This document shows positions 33,232-41,626 of a stretch of 41,626 nucleotides of DNA, in pieces. The stretch covers positions 1-41,626 of IMG/VR virus record IMGVR_UViG_3300042348_000322; one strand, 5' to 3'. The notes beneath the pieces are model-generated. The model searched no databases. It worked only from the letters and a program-made list of their open reading frames with translations, and was not told the DNA's origin. The stretch's first letter is position 1. Each line of letters opens with the position of its first letter. Both the position numbers and the translations under genes were made by a program. The DNA comes from a virus (taxonomy: Duplodnaviria > Caudoviricetes).

Positions 33232-33261
33232 GAACAAAGGGACAGGAATGTCCCTTCATTC
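33232..33261. repeat. Divergent palindrome, copy 8
   Basis: GAACAAAGGGACA GGAA TGTCCCTTCATTC (4-bp spacer, ATTC in place of GTTC). Confidence 0.6.
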
Positions 33262-33296
33262 AGCACAGCGGGCATCACCCCTCTGTCCATGTAGTA

Positions 33297-33305
33297 ACTA
33301 TATCA
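33297..33305 (-). promoter_or_regulatory. Possible extended -10 promoter
   Basis: TGA-TATAGT (TGn + -10) about 100 bp upstream of ATG 33195; no good -35. Confidence 0.3.
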
Positions 33306-33716
33306 AACTGGCAAAACTTAGGGGAAAACCGCACACAGGGTAACGACGCAATGCAAGGAAAGATAAAGCCCGCAATGTACGATCCACGCCCGCCAGCCAG
33401 ACGCAGAAGCCTAAAAAAATCGCGTCTCTTCCTCCGACTAGGTGGTAGAAAATCGCGACGCTTTCTCCGGCCATACCCCTTCTTAAATCCTGGGTGGAGA
33501 ACTCCACGACCCCCCACCACCCCAAATTTCATTAAGGGGGACCCCACATACATACACAGTGTTTTGCACACCCGGTGAGCAAAATTTAAAAACAGGGGGG
33601 AGGGGGGTATAAAAATTTTGGGGTTCTGCCGGTAGCACTCCACCAGAAACACCCCCCGTCAAGGGGACCCAAAGCAGGTCATGTATAGAAAACGCCATAT
33701 TTTGTGCATGACGGGC

Positions 33717-33746
33717 TTGTCATGTATAGATTTTTTCTGTTACATT
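33717..33746 (+). promoter_or_regulatory. Possible late-operon promoter
   Basis: TTGTCA-18 bp-TACATT with TG extension. Overlaps one of two GTCATGTATAGA direct repeats. Confidence 0.45.
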
Positions 33747-33779
33747 CGCGCATCCTCTTTACGGAGTGCCCTTGAACAC

Positions 33780-34490
33780 ATGACAGTGCATTTGACGCCT
33801 GACAACACAGTTCCGTTTCCGGACAGCTTAGAACCGGAAGCGGGCGGGACGCTCCGCGAAAACATGCAGATCGCGGCAAACACTGCTGAAGTCCTCAAGG
33901 GACTGGGTGCGCAAGTAGAGGATGATCCTGAAGCGCAACTCAAAGCTGAGAACGTATTCAAAGACTTTTCGGAACTAGCTAAGCAACAGTACGAAGAAGC
34001 CATGCTTCCTAAGCGGGGCCGAGGTCGTCCACGCAAAGACCCGAACGCTGAGCCCGCTCCAAGTAAAACGCCCGCCCTGATGTACAACCTTCCCGTTGCC
34101 GAACGAATCGGTACGATGCTGCGGGAGTACAACAACCCAATCGTTGCAGATGCCGCCGAGCTTAGGTTAGTAGTCACTAACAAACTACTGGACCTAGCGT
34201 CATGCGGTGACCCACGGATCGAGATCAAGGCAGCGGAGATGCTGGGCAAGATCAGCGACGTGGGCCTCTTCTCCGAGAAGACCGAGATCACTGTTACGTA
34301 CAACAACGTGACTGACTTGGATCAGGCGATCAAGGATAAGGTGCGCAAGATGTTGCTGGCGCAAGGGGTTACCGATGTGACCCCCATCGACATTGATCTG
34401 GACAAAGAGTTTGGCCCCGCCGAAGAGCTAGAAATGGTTGAAGAGGTGCAGCCCGAGCCGCCCGTTGAGGATGAAGATGCGCAGAATTGA
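33780..34490 (+). CDS. terS: Putative terminase small subunit with AT-hook motif
   Basis: Immediately upstream of terL. IKAAEMLGKISDVGLF.EK.E motif and KRGRGRPRK. Start taken at ATG 33780. Confidence 0.65.
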   Translation: MTVHLTPDNTVPFPDSLEPEAGGTLRENMQIAANTAEVLKGLGAQVEDDPEAQLKAENVFKDFSELAKQQYEEAMLPKRGRGRPRKDPNAEPAPSKTPALMYNLPVAERIGTMLREYNNPIVADAAELRLVVTNKLLDLASCGDPRIEIKAAEMLGKISDVGLFSEKTEITVTYNNVTDLDQAIKDKVRKMLLAQGVTDVTPIDIDLDKEFGPAEELEMVEEVQPEPPVEDEDAQN

Positions 34491-36015
34491 GTCTGCCCCA
34501 ATGGACGCAGAGATGAAAACTCTGCTGGCCAACCTTGGAAAACTATCAGATGATCAGAAAAAGCTAATCCTTGCAGATTTGAATGTGCGGGACGAGCTGT
34601 ACGAAAAACAAATCGCCCAGAATACGTTCATGGGATTCGTAAACAAGGTGTGGCCGGAGTTCATAAGCGGGCGTCACCACAAAATTATGGCAAGAGCGTT
34701 TGAGCGGGTGGTGAATGGCGAATGTAAACGCCTGATTATCAACATGCCACCCCGCCATACTAAGTCTGAGTTCGCTTCTTACCTCCTTCCAGCTTGGTTT
34801 CTAGGTAAATACCCCAACAAAAAGGTCATTCAGAGCTCAAATACTGCTGAATTGGCGGTTGGGTTCGGTCGAAAGGTGCGAAATCTGGTCGATTTGGACA
34901 CTTATAAGGAACTTTTCCCCAATTTGGAGCTTAGAGCGGACTCAAAAGCTGCTGGGCGGTGGAATACCAGTAAAAATGGCGACTATTTTGCGATTGGTGT
35001 GGGCGGTACAGTCACCGGAAAGGGTGCTGACCTGTTGATTATTGACGACCCCCACTCTGAACAGGAGGCCGCGCTCGCCGCGAGCAACCCAGATGTGTTC
35101 GACAAGGTCACGGAGTGGTACACGTCAGGCCCCCGCCAGCGTTTGCAGCCCGGCGGGGCAATTGTGATCGTGATGACACGCTGGGCTATGCGGGATTTGA
35201 CTGGTCAGGTGCTCAAAGCTGCGGCCCAAAGGGGCGGTGAGCAGTGGGAAGTCATTGAATTCCCGGCCATCATGCCCTCGGGTAAACCCCTATGGCCAGA
35301 GTTTTGGTCGCTTGAAGAGTTGGAAGCTCTCCGCGAGGAATTGCCCAACAGTAAGTGGCAGGCGCAGTACCAGCAGAACCCTGTGGGTAACGAGTCGGCC
35401 ATTGTAAAGAGGGATTGGTGGAAGTGGTGGGAGGCAGAACGGCCACCTGTGTGTGAGTACATCTTACAGACGTGGGATACGGCGTTTGAGAAGAACAATC
35501 GGGCTGACTATTCCGCAGGAACGACGTGGGGTATCTTCAACTTTGACGAAGATCACGGAGCGCCGAATATCATCTTGTTGAATACTTATAAGAAGCGGGT
35601 TGAATACCCAGACCTGAAGAAGGACGTGCTGGAGGAGTACCGAGAGTATGAGCCGGACGGGGTTTTGATTGAGAAGAAGGCGTCTGGTGCGCCACTGATC
35701 TACGACTTACGGGCGATGGGGATCCCTGTGCAGGAGTACACGCCTAGTAAGGGTCAGGACAAAATTGCCCGCCTGAACTCAGTCTCGGACATAATTGCGT
35801 CGGGCAAGGTATGGGTTCCGCGCACGCGGTGGGCCGAAGAGCTAGTCGATGAGATTGCAGAGTTCCCATCTGGCGAGCATGACGACTTGGTTGACGCGAC
35901 AACTCTGGCCCTCATGAGGTTTAGGCAAGGCGGGTTCTTACGTTTGCCAACGGATGAACCAGAAGAAACAACGTATTTCAGGAGCCGCAAAAAAGAGCGG
36001 TTCTACACAGTGTAA
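34477..36015 (+). CDS. terL: Terminase large subunit
   Basis: Walker A-like MPPRHTKS, Walker B LLIIDD, YQQNP, nuclease WDTA and HDDLVDA. Exact start uncertain (34471-34501). Confidence 0.95.
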   Translation: MRRIESAPMDAEMKTLLANLGKLSDDQKKLILADLNVRDELYEKQIAQNTFMGFVNKVWPEFISGRHHKIMARAFERVVNGECKRLIINMPPRHTKSEFASYLLPAWFLGKYPNKKVIQSSNTAELAVGFGRKVRNLVDLDTYKELFPNLELRADSKAAGRWNTSKNGDYFAIGVGGTVTGKGADLLIIDDPHSEQEAALAASNPDVFDKVTEWYTSGPRQRLQPGGAIVIVMTRWAMRDLTGQVLKAAAQRGGEQWEVIEFPAIMPSGKPLWPEFWSLEELEALREELPNSKWQAQYQQNPVGNESAIVKRDWWKWWEAERPPVCEYILQTWDTAFEKNNRADYSAGTTWGIFNFDEDHGAPNIILLNTYKKRVEYPDLKKDVLEEYREYEPDGVLIEKKASGAPLIYDLRAMGIPVQEYTPSKGQDKIARLNSVSDIIASGKVWVPRTRWAEELVDEIAEFPSGEHDDLVDATTLALMRFRQGGFLRLPTDEPEETTYFRSRKKERFYTV

Positions 36016-36024
36016 GGACACATC

Positions 36025-38514
36025 ATGTTAGACAAAGCACTTTATCAAGCACCTCAAGGCATCACCATGCTCGAAGAGCCCGATATTGAAATTGAAATTG
36101 AGAACCCAGACGAGGTAAGTATTGGTCTGGGGGACATTGAGATTGACTTGAAGCCTGAGAAAGAGACGGCCAAGGACTTTGATGCCAATCTTGCGAACTT
36201 CATGGATGACGGTGACTTGGATACTCTTGGCCAAGAGTTGATAGAAGATTTTGATAAAGACACCCAAGACCGCAAGGAGTGGATCAAAACTTATGTTGAT
36301 GGCCTGAAACTGTTGGGCTTGCAGTATGAAGACCGCACTGAGCCGTGGCAAGGGGCTTGTGGCGTGTTTCATCCCATGCTTACAGAATCAGTCGTGCGTT
36401 TTCAGTCTGAGGCAATGATGGAAACATTCCCTGCTATGGGGCCTGTGAAGACTCAGATTGTTGGGGCGATTGACTTGTTACGTGAAGAGGCTGCTGCCCG
36501 CGTGCGCGAGGACATGAACTATCAGCTCACTGAAGTGATGACTGAGTACCGGCCAGAGCACGAGAAGATGTTGTGGTCACTCCCGTTGGCGGGCTCAGCG
36601 TTCAAAAAGGTGTACTACGACCCCAGTAAGGGTCGGCAGATGGCGGTGTTCATCCCCGCTGAAGACATCGTAGTTCCATACGGCGCGAGAGATTTGGAGA
36701 CAGCCGAGCGGGTCACGCACGTCATGCGTAAGACTGAAAACGAGGTGCGCAAGTTACAAGAAGCTGGGTTCTACAGTGATGTGGAGCTGGGCGAACCCGG
36801 CTACGAGCTGGATGATATTGAGAAGCAGAAGGCCGAAGAACAAGGCATGTCGGCCTTGAACGATGACCGCTTCCGTATTCTTGAGATGCACGTTGACTTG
36901 GACTTGCCCGGGTACGAGCATAAAGACAAGAAGGGTAAGGAGACTGGGATTGCCTTACCTTATGTTGTGACTGTGGAAAAAGGAACCCGCAAAGTTTTAG
37001 CCATACGGAGGAATTGGTACGAAGATGACGAACTACACACTAAACGACAGCATTTTGTTCACTACCAATACATCCCCGGTTTTGGCTTCTATGGTTACGG
37101 CCTTATCCACCTTATCGGCGGGTACGCGAAGAGCGCGACGATGCTCATCCGTCAACTCGTGGATGCAGGAACACTTTCGAACTTACCCGGGGGTCTCAAA
37201 TCTCGTGGTCTCCGCATCAAAGGTGACGATACACCTATCCAGCCCGGAGAGTTCCGAGATGTAGACGTCCCAAGCGGCTCAATCCGGGACAACATTCTGC
37301 CTCTGCCGTACAAGGAACCAAGTCAGGTTCTCTTTGCTTTGTTCCAGAATATCGTCCAAGAGGGCCGTGCGTTTGCCTCAAGTGGCGATATGAACGTGTC
37401 CGATATGTCGAGCCAAGCTCCTGTGGGTACAACTCTGGCTCTGTTGGAGCGTACTCTCAAGGTGATGACAGCGGTCCAAGCCCGTCTGCACTACACCATG
37501 AAGCAGGAGTTTCGTCTGCTCAAGGTCATCATCGCCGACTATACGCCCGAGGAGTATGACTACGAGCCAGAAGACGCAGGTCGTAAGGCCAAGAAGTCGG
37601 ACTACGACAGCACAGATGTAATTCCAGTCAGTGATCCCAACGCTGCGACGATGGCGCAGAAGATTGTGCAGTATCAAGCGGTCTTGCAGTTGGCTCAAAG
37701 TGCGCCGCAGTTGTACAACTTACCGCTGTTGCACCGCCAAATGATTGAAGTGCTGGGTATCAAGAATGCCAACAAACTTGTACCGGTGGAAGACGACCAA
37801 GTGCCGACTGACCCAGTGCAGGAGAATCAGAACCTGCTGATCATGAAGCCGGTTAAGGCGTTCATCGAACAAAACCACGAGGCGCATATTCAAGCGCACA
37901 TGGCCGCTATTCAGAATCCGAAGATTCAGCAGATGATGCAGATGAACCCGCAAGCACAAGCGATCATGGCCGCAGCTATGGCTCACATCAACGAGCACAT
38001 TGCGTTTGAGTACCGCAAGCAGGTGGAGATGGCCATTGGTATGCCGCTGCCCAATGAAGAGCAGAACAAGCAGGTTCCTCCAAACATGGCCGATCAGATT
38101 GCCATGATGACTGCCCAAGCGTCACAGCAGTTGACTCAGCAAGCTCAACAACAAGCTGCGCAACAACAAGCTCAGCAGCAGATGCAGGACCCAATTGTCC
38201 AGATGCAGATGCAAGAGCTTCAGCTCAAACAACAAGACTTGCAGCTCAAGCAGCAGAAGCAAGCGATGGAAGCTGCTGCCAAAGCAGACCAAATTCGTGT
38301 CGAAGAGGCCCGCATCGCGGCGCAAAAAGAAATCGCGGCCATGCAGGTGGGAGCCTCCACAGCCGCTGCAAAAGACAAGCTCTCCAAACAGATGGAGATG
38401 GAAGGAGTTCGTATGGGCATAGACGCTGCAAAACACCGCGCTCAAATGGCCATGCAAAACGCGCAACGGGCAGCGCAACGAAACCAGCCTAGCAACAAGA
38501 AGGAGAATAAGTGA
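36025..38514 (+). CDS. Portal protein (P22-like, Gln-rich C-terminal coil)
   Basis: 829 aa directly after terL. GSAFKKVYYD and GFYGYGL motifs; long Q-rich tail. Confidence 0.9.
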   Translation: MLDKALYQAPQGITMLEEPDIEIEIENPDEVSIGLGDIEIDLKPEKETAKDFDANLANFMDDGDLDTLGQELIEDFDKDTQDRKEWIKTYVDGLKLLGLQYEDRTEPWQGACGVFHPMLTESVVRFQSEAMMETFPAMGPVKTQIVGAIDLLREEAAARVREDMNYQLTEVMTEYRPEHEKMLWSLPLAGSAFKKVYYDPSKGRQMAVFIPAEDIVVPYGARDLETAERVTHVMRKTENEVRKLQEAGFYSDVELGEPGYELDDIEKQKAEEQGMSALNDDRFRILEMHVDLDLPGYEHKDKKGKETGIALPYVVTVEKGTRKVLAIRRNWYEDDELHTKRQHFVHYQYIPGFGFYGYGLIHLIGGYAKSATMLIRQLVDAGTLSNLPGGLKSRGLRIKGDDTPIQPGEFRDVDVPSGSIRDNILPLPYKEPSQVLFALFQNIVQEGRAFASSGDMNVSDMSSQAPVGTTLALLERTLKVMTAVQARLHYTMKQEFRLLKVIIADYTPEEYDYEPEDAGRKAKKSDYDSTDVIPVSDPNAATMAQKIVQYQAVLQLAQSAPQLYNLPLLHRQMIEVLGIKNANKLVPVEDDQVPTDPVQENQNLLIMKPVKAFIEQNHEAHIQAHMAAIQNPKIQQMMQMNPQAQAIMAAAMAHINEHIAFEYRKQVEMAIGMPLPNEEQNKQVPPNMADQIAMMTAQASQQLTQQAQQQAAQQQAQQQMQDPIVQMQMQELQLKQQDLQLKQQKQAMEAAAKADQIRVEEARIAAQKEIAAMQVGASTAAAKDKLSKQMEMEGVRMGIDAAKHRAQMAMQNAQRAAQRNQPSNKKENK

Positions 38515-38708
38515 ACGAGTACAAACTACTTGGTCCAATTTTTAACGAAATCCGCAAGCTGAAACAAGAGCGAGAAGCTTTTGTAGCGGCTGGGCGCTGT
38601 GATCACATTGAAGAGTACCGAAGAGTCTGCGGAGTTATCCAAGGTTTGAACTACGCAGAGAACATCATTGAAGACCTTGTGCAAAAAATGGAGAAAGCTG
38701 ATGACTGA
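38511..38708 (+). CDS. Small hypothetical protein
   Basis: 65 aa, AAGGAG RBS, EYRRVCGVIQGL motif; follows the portal gene. Confidence 0.75.
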   Translation: MNEYKLLGPIFNEIRKLKQEREAFVAAGRCDHIEEYRRVCGVIQGLNYAENIIEDLVQKMEKADD

Positions 38709-39111
38709 ATTTGACGTTGCTGCGGTTGATCTGACCGGCATTTTGAACAAAAGCGCCGAAGAAAAAGCCAAACAATTGCCTGATCCCAAGACTTTCCGTC
38801 TGTTGTGTGTTGTTCCAGAAGCTATGGAAGAGTACGCAGACAGCGAAGTTGGTCTACTCAAAGACTCAAAAACCATGCACTACGAGGAAGTACTGACCCC
38901 AGTACTGTTCGTTATAAAGCTTGGCCCCGATGCTTACAAAGACACTACCCGGTTCCCAAGTGGACCGAGCTGTAAGGAAGGTGATTTCATCATCGTCCGC
39001 CCCAATTCAGGCACTCGCCTGAAGATTCATGGCCGTGAGTTCCGCATCATCAACGATGACAGCGTGGAAGCGGTTGTGGAGGACCCCCGTGGTATCACGC
39101 GTGCTGCATAA
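38701..39111 (+). CDS. groES: GroES-like co-chaperonin
   Basis: VIKLGPDAY...CKEGDFIIV...GTRLKIHGREFRIINDDSVEAVV matches the Cpn10 C-terminal pattern. Confidence 0.85.
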   Translation: MTEFDVAAVDLTGILNKSAEEKAKQLPDPKTFRLLCVVPEAMEEYADSEVGLLKDSKTMHYEEVLTPVLFVIKLGPDAYKDTTRFPSGPSCKEGDFIIVRPNSGTRLKIHGREFRIINDDSVEAVVEDPRGITRAA

Positions 39112-39121
39112 GGAGTAACAC

Positions 39122-40117
39122 ATGGCAACAAAATTTGATGAGACTTATGAGTTTCCCGACGAGCTAGAAGCCAAGAAAGCTGCTGCTGAAGAGGACAAAC
39201 TTGAGATCGAGATTGAGGACGACACCCCCGCCGAAGATCGTGGTCGCAAGCCTATGAAAGAACCTGTCGAGGATGTATCCGACGATGAGTTGGCTACCTA
39301 CGACGAGAAAGTTCAGAAGCGGATCAAGAAGTTCACCCGTGGTTATCACGATGAGCGACGCGCCAAAGAACAAGCACTGCGCGAGCGCGAGGCCACTGAA
39401 GCCTATGCACGCCAGATCATTGAAGAGAACAAACGGCTTCAACAACAGCTTTCTAATGGAAGTAAAGTACTAATTGAACAGTCTCAGTCGGGCGCACAGC
39501 TCCAACTGGAAGCCGCCAAGAAAAAGTACAAAGAAGCATACGAACTGGCAGACGTGGACGCCCTAGCAGAAGCCCAAGCAGAAATTGCCCAAGCTACTTT
39601 GCGTATGGACAAAGCATCTGGTATGAAACCCCTTGAGGTTGAAGAACGTGAGTATCAGCCCGCTGAACCAGAACGCCAGAAAGTTAGCCCCCGTACCCAA
39701 CGTTGGGTGGAAAACAACAGCGACTGGTGGGGTCGGGATGACGAAATGACAATGGCCGCAATGGGTATTGACAGGAAGTTACAGAAAGAGTATGGTCCGG
39801 ACTATGTAGGTACTGAAGAGTACTTCAAAACCATCGACAAAACGATGCGCAAACGATTTCCTGAGCACTTTGAAAGTGATCAGAGCTACGAGGATGATGA
39901 TCCGCCTCCTAAGAAAAGGACATCAGAACCGGTTGACGAGGATGATGAAACCCCGCGCCGTGCAACAAGAATTACTTCGCCTGTAGCTCCGGCTACGCGG
40001 AGTACTCCGCCAAATCGTATTCGACTGAAAGCATCAGAAGCCGCGCAAGCGCGTCGCCTTGGGGTGCCAATTGAAGAATATGCAAGACAGGCTGCTTTAC
40101 TTAGAAAAGGTGTTTAA
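39122..40117 (+). CDS. Putative capsid scaffolding protein
   Basis: Acidic, coiled-coil, upstream of the capsid genes; C-terminal ARRLGVPIEEYA. Confidence 0.65.
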   Translation: MATKFDETYEFPDELEAKKAAAEEDKLEIEIEDDTPAEDRGRKPMKEPVEDVSDDELATYDEKVQKRIKKFTRGYHDERRAKEQALREREATEAYARQIIEENKRLQQQLSNGSKVLIEQSQSGAQLQLEAAKKKYKEAYELADVDALAEAQAEIAQATLRMDKASGMKPLEVEEREYQPAEPERQKVSPRTQRWVENNSDWWGRDDEMTMAAMGIDRKLQKEYGPDYVGTEEYFKTIDKTMRKRFPEHFESDQSYEDDDPPPKKRTSEPVDEDDETPRRATRITSPVAPATRSTPPNRIRLKASEAAQARRLGVPIEEYARQAALLRKGV

Positions 40118-40119
40118 TC

Positions 40120-40584
40120 ATGACTGAAGCAAAACAAAACCGTTCGGATCGCGGCTTGGAATCACGGGCAACTACTTATAGACCTTCGTCTTGGCAGGCC
40201 CCCGAAGCTCTTCCAATGCCAGATGAGCGTCCCGGCTGGAAGCATCGGTATGTTCGATTGAGCACTATGGGTGTTGCTGATCCTAGCAATATCTCTTCTA
40301 AGTTACGAGAAGGATACGAACCCTGCAAAGCAGAAGACTATCCTGAACTCATGATGCACGCTGCCGTTGACGGCCGCTTTAGAGGCGGTATCGAAATCGG
40401 CGGGCTGTTGCTCTGTCGTATTCCAAAAGAGTTTATGGAACAACGTGCGCAACACTTTGCGAACTTGAACCAATCTCAAATGGACTCGGTGGACAACAAT
40501 TTCCTTCGTGAACAAGACTCTAGGTCTAATATGGCGATGATCGTCGATAAGAAATCTAAGGTTTCGTTCGGTTCTGGTTCTTAA
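40120..40584 (+). CDS. Hypothetical head-module protein
   Basis: 154 aa between the scaffold and capsid genes. Confidence 0.75.
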   Translation: MTEAKQNRSDRGLESRATTYRPSSWQAPEALPMPDERPGWKHRYVRLSTMGVADPSNISSKLREGYEPCKAEDYPELMMHAAVDGRFRGGIEIGGLLLCRIPKEFMEQRAQHFANLNQSQMDSVDNNFLREQDSRSNMAMIVDKKSKVSFGSGS

Positions 40585-40602
40585 AATTTAGGAGTCTTTC
40601 AA

Positions 40603-41259
40603 ATGGCTTATCCAACGGTAAACGCCCCTTACGGGCTGAAGCCGATCAATCTGTACGGTGGTACACCTTTCGCAGGTGCAACTCGCCAGTACCGTATTGC
40701 TTCGGCGTACAACACAAGCATCTTCTACGGTGACCCCGTCGAGATGATTAACGATGGCACGATTATCAAATCCGCCATTACAACTGCTCGTGCAACTGTG
40801 ACAACTTCACAGATCATGGGCGTTTTCTTGGGCTGTTCTTACGTTAACGCGCAAGGTCAGACTATTTTCGCTCAGTACTTCCCAGCAAACACTACTGCCC
40901 CAACAGGTACAGTTATTACCGCTTACGTGTGTAATGACCCTGACACCCTGTTCAAAGCTGTGATTGCCACTGGCGCTACTGCCGATGATGCTACTTCTGG
41001 CTTGTTGCCTTCCAGCACTACGCAATTTGCCGTTATTGGCACTAACGTAGCATTGGTGCAGAACACTGGTTTGACAACTACTGGCGATAGCCGTGTAGCT
41101 GTTGCATCATCTGCAACCACAGGAACACTGCCCTTGAACGTCGTTGACGTTGTGCCCGAGACATCTTATGTCAACGGTTCTGGCAACATCGTGTTCCCCG
41201 AGATCATCGTTCGTTGGAACTTTGAGATTCATACAACCACTATCGCTTCTGGCGTTTAA
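40603..41259 (+). CDS. Putative capsid decoration/cement protein
   Basis: 218 aa, Thr/Ala-rich, APYGLKP..IFYGDPV..DPD pattern, AGGAG RBS, directly upstream of the MCP. Confidence 0.6.
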   Translation: MAYPTVNAPYGLKPINLYGGTPFAGATRQYRIASAYNTSIFYGDPVEMINDGTIIKSAITTARATVTTSQIMGVFLGCSYVNAQGQTIFAQYFPANTTAPTGTVITAYVCNDPDTLFKAVIATGATADDATSGLLPSSTTQFAVIGTNVALVQNTGLTTTGDSRVAVASSATTGTLPLNVVDVVPETSYVNGSGNIVFPEIIVRWNFEIHTTTIASGV

Positions 41260-41274
41260 TCAAGGAGCTAAATC

Positions 41275-41626
41275 ATGGCTATTTCACGCGCACAACTGCT
41301 GAAAGAGTTGCTCCCCGGATTGAACGCTTTGTTCGGTATGGAGTACGCTCGCTACGGCGAAGAACACAAAGAAATCTACGAAACCGAGACTTCTGAGCGT
41401 TCGTTTGAAGAAGAAACCAAACTGTCCGGCTTCTCTGCCGCACCCGTCAAGAACGAAGGCTCTGCCATCGCTTACGACAATGCACAAGAAGCATGGTCAA
41501 CCCGCTATACACACGAAACCATCGCCTTGGGTTTCTCAATCACTGAAGAAGCGATTGAAGATAACTTGTACGACAGCTTGTCTGCTCGTTACACCAAGTC
41601 ATTGGCTCGTGCTATGGCATACACCA
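41275..41626 (+). CDS. Major capsid protein (5' part, truncated by window end)
   Basis: AAGGAG RBS. MAISRAQLLKELLPGLNALFGMEY...SERSFEEE..LSGF..APVKNEG...RYTHETIALGFSITEEAIEDNLY; frame stays open to the window edge. Confidence 0.9.
   Translation, partial: MAISRAQLLKELLPGLNALFGMEYARYGEEHKEIYETETSERSFEEETKLSGFSAAPVKNEGSAIAYDNAQEAWSTRYTHETIALGFSITEEAIEDNLYDSLSARYTKSLARAMAYT

Noticed and set aside
22809-33261. Palindromes as a CRISPR array or solitary CRISPR repeats
   Set aside because: Spacing is 0.6-2.6 kb rather than 30-40 bp, the copies are fully dyad-symmetric with variable internal positions, they do not resemble type I-C/E/F repeats as I recall them, and there are no cas genes.
33505-33660. 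G-quadruplex at the G/C tracts
   Set aside because: The tracts are split between strands, and neither strand has four closely spaced runs of three or more G.

Overview
Most of a tailed dsDNA phage genome (podovirus-like gene set, about 50% GC), cut inside the virion module. 1-10.7 kb (+): two large internal-virion/ejection proteins; the second is a 2564-aa polyvalent protein with a GNAT-like domain and an HExxH metallopeptidase domain. 10.7-33.2 kb (-): replication and early genes, including a primase-DUF927 helicase fusion, SSB, SNF2 helicase, HNH, DUF3310, PD-(D/E)XK nuclease, family A DNA polymerase, VRR-NUC, DUF3150-like protein, metallopeptidase-VWA, MoxR-like AAA+ ATPase and many small ORFs, with several near-consensus sigma70 promoters. 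33.7-41.6 kb (+): terminase subunits, portal, GroES, scaffold, a capsid-associated protein and the start of the major capsid gene. I found no integrase, CRISPR array, tRNA or RNA polymerase. The strongest unexplained signal is a 29-bp palindrome, GAAC-N5-GACA-N3-TGTC-N5-GTTC. I found seven exact-consensus copies plus one divergent copy, all within 22.8-33.3 kb, and one lies inside a gene. Other unexplained structures: a pseudoknot/hairpin switch upstream of the primase-helicase, a 149-bp element with 31-bp terminal inverted repeats and TATA ends, iteron-like repeats, and an apparently nuclease-dead His-Me finger protein with its own promoter. All family calls come from motif recognition by eye, not from database searches.
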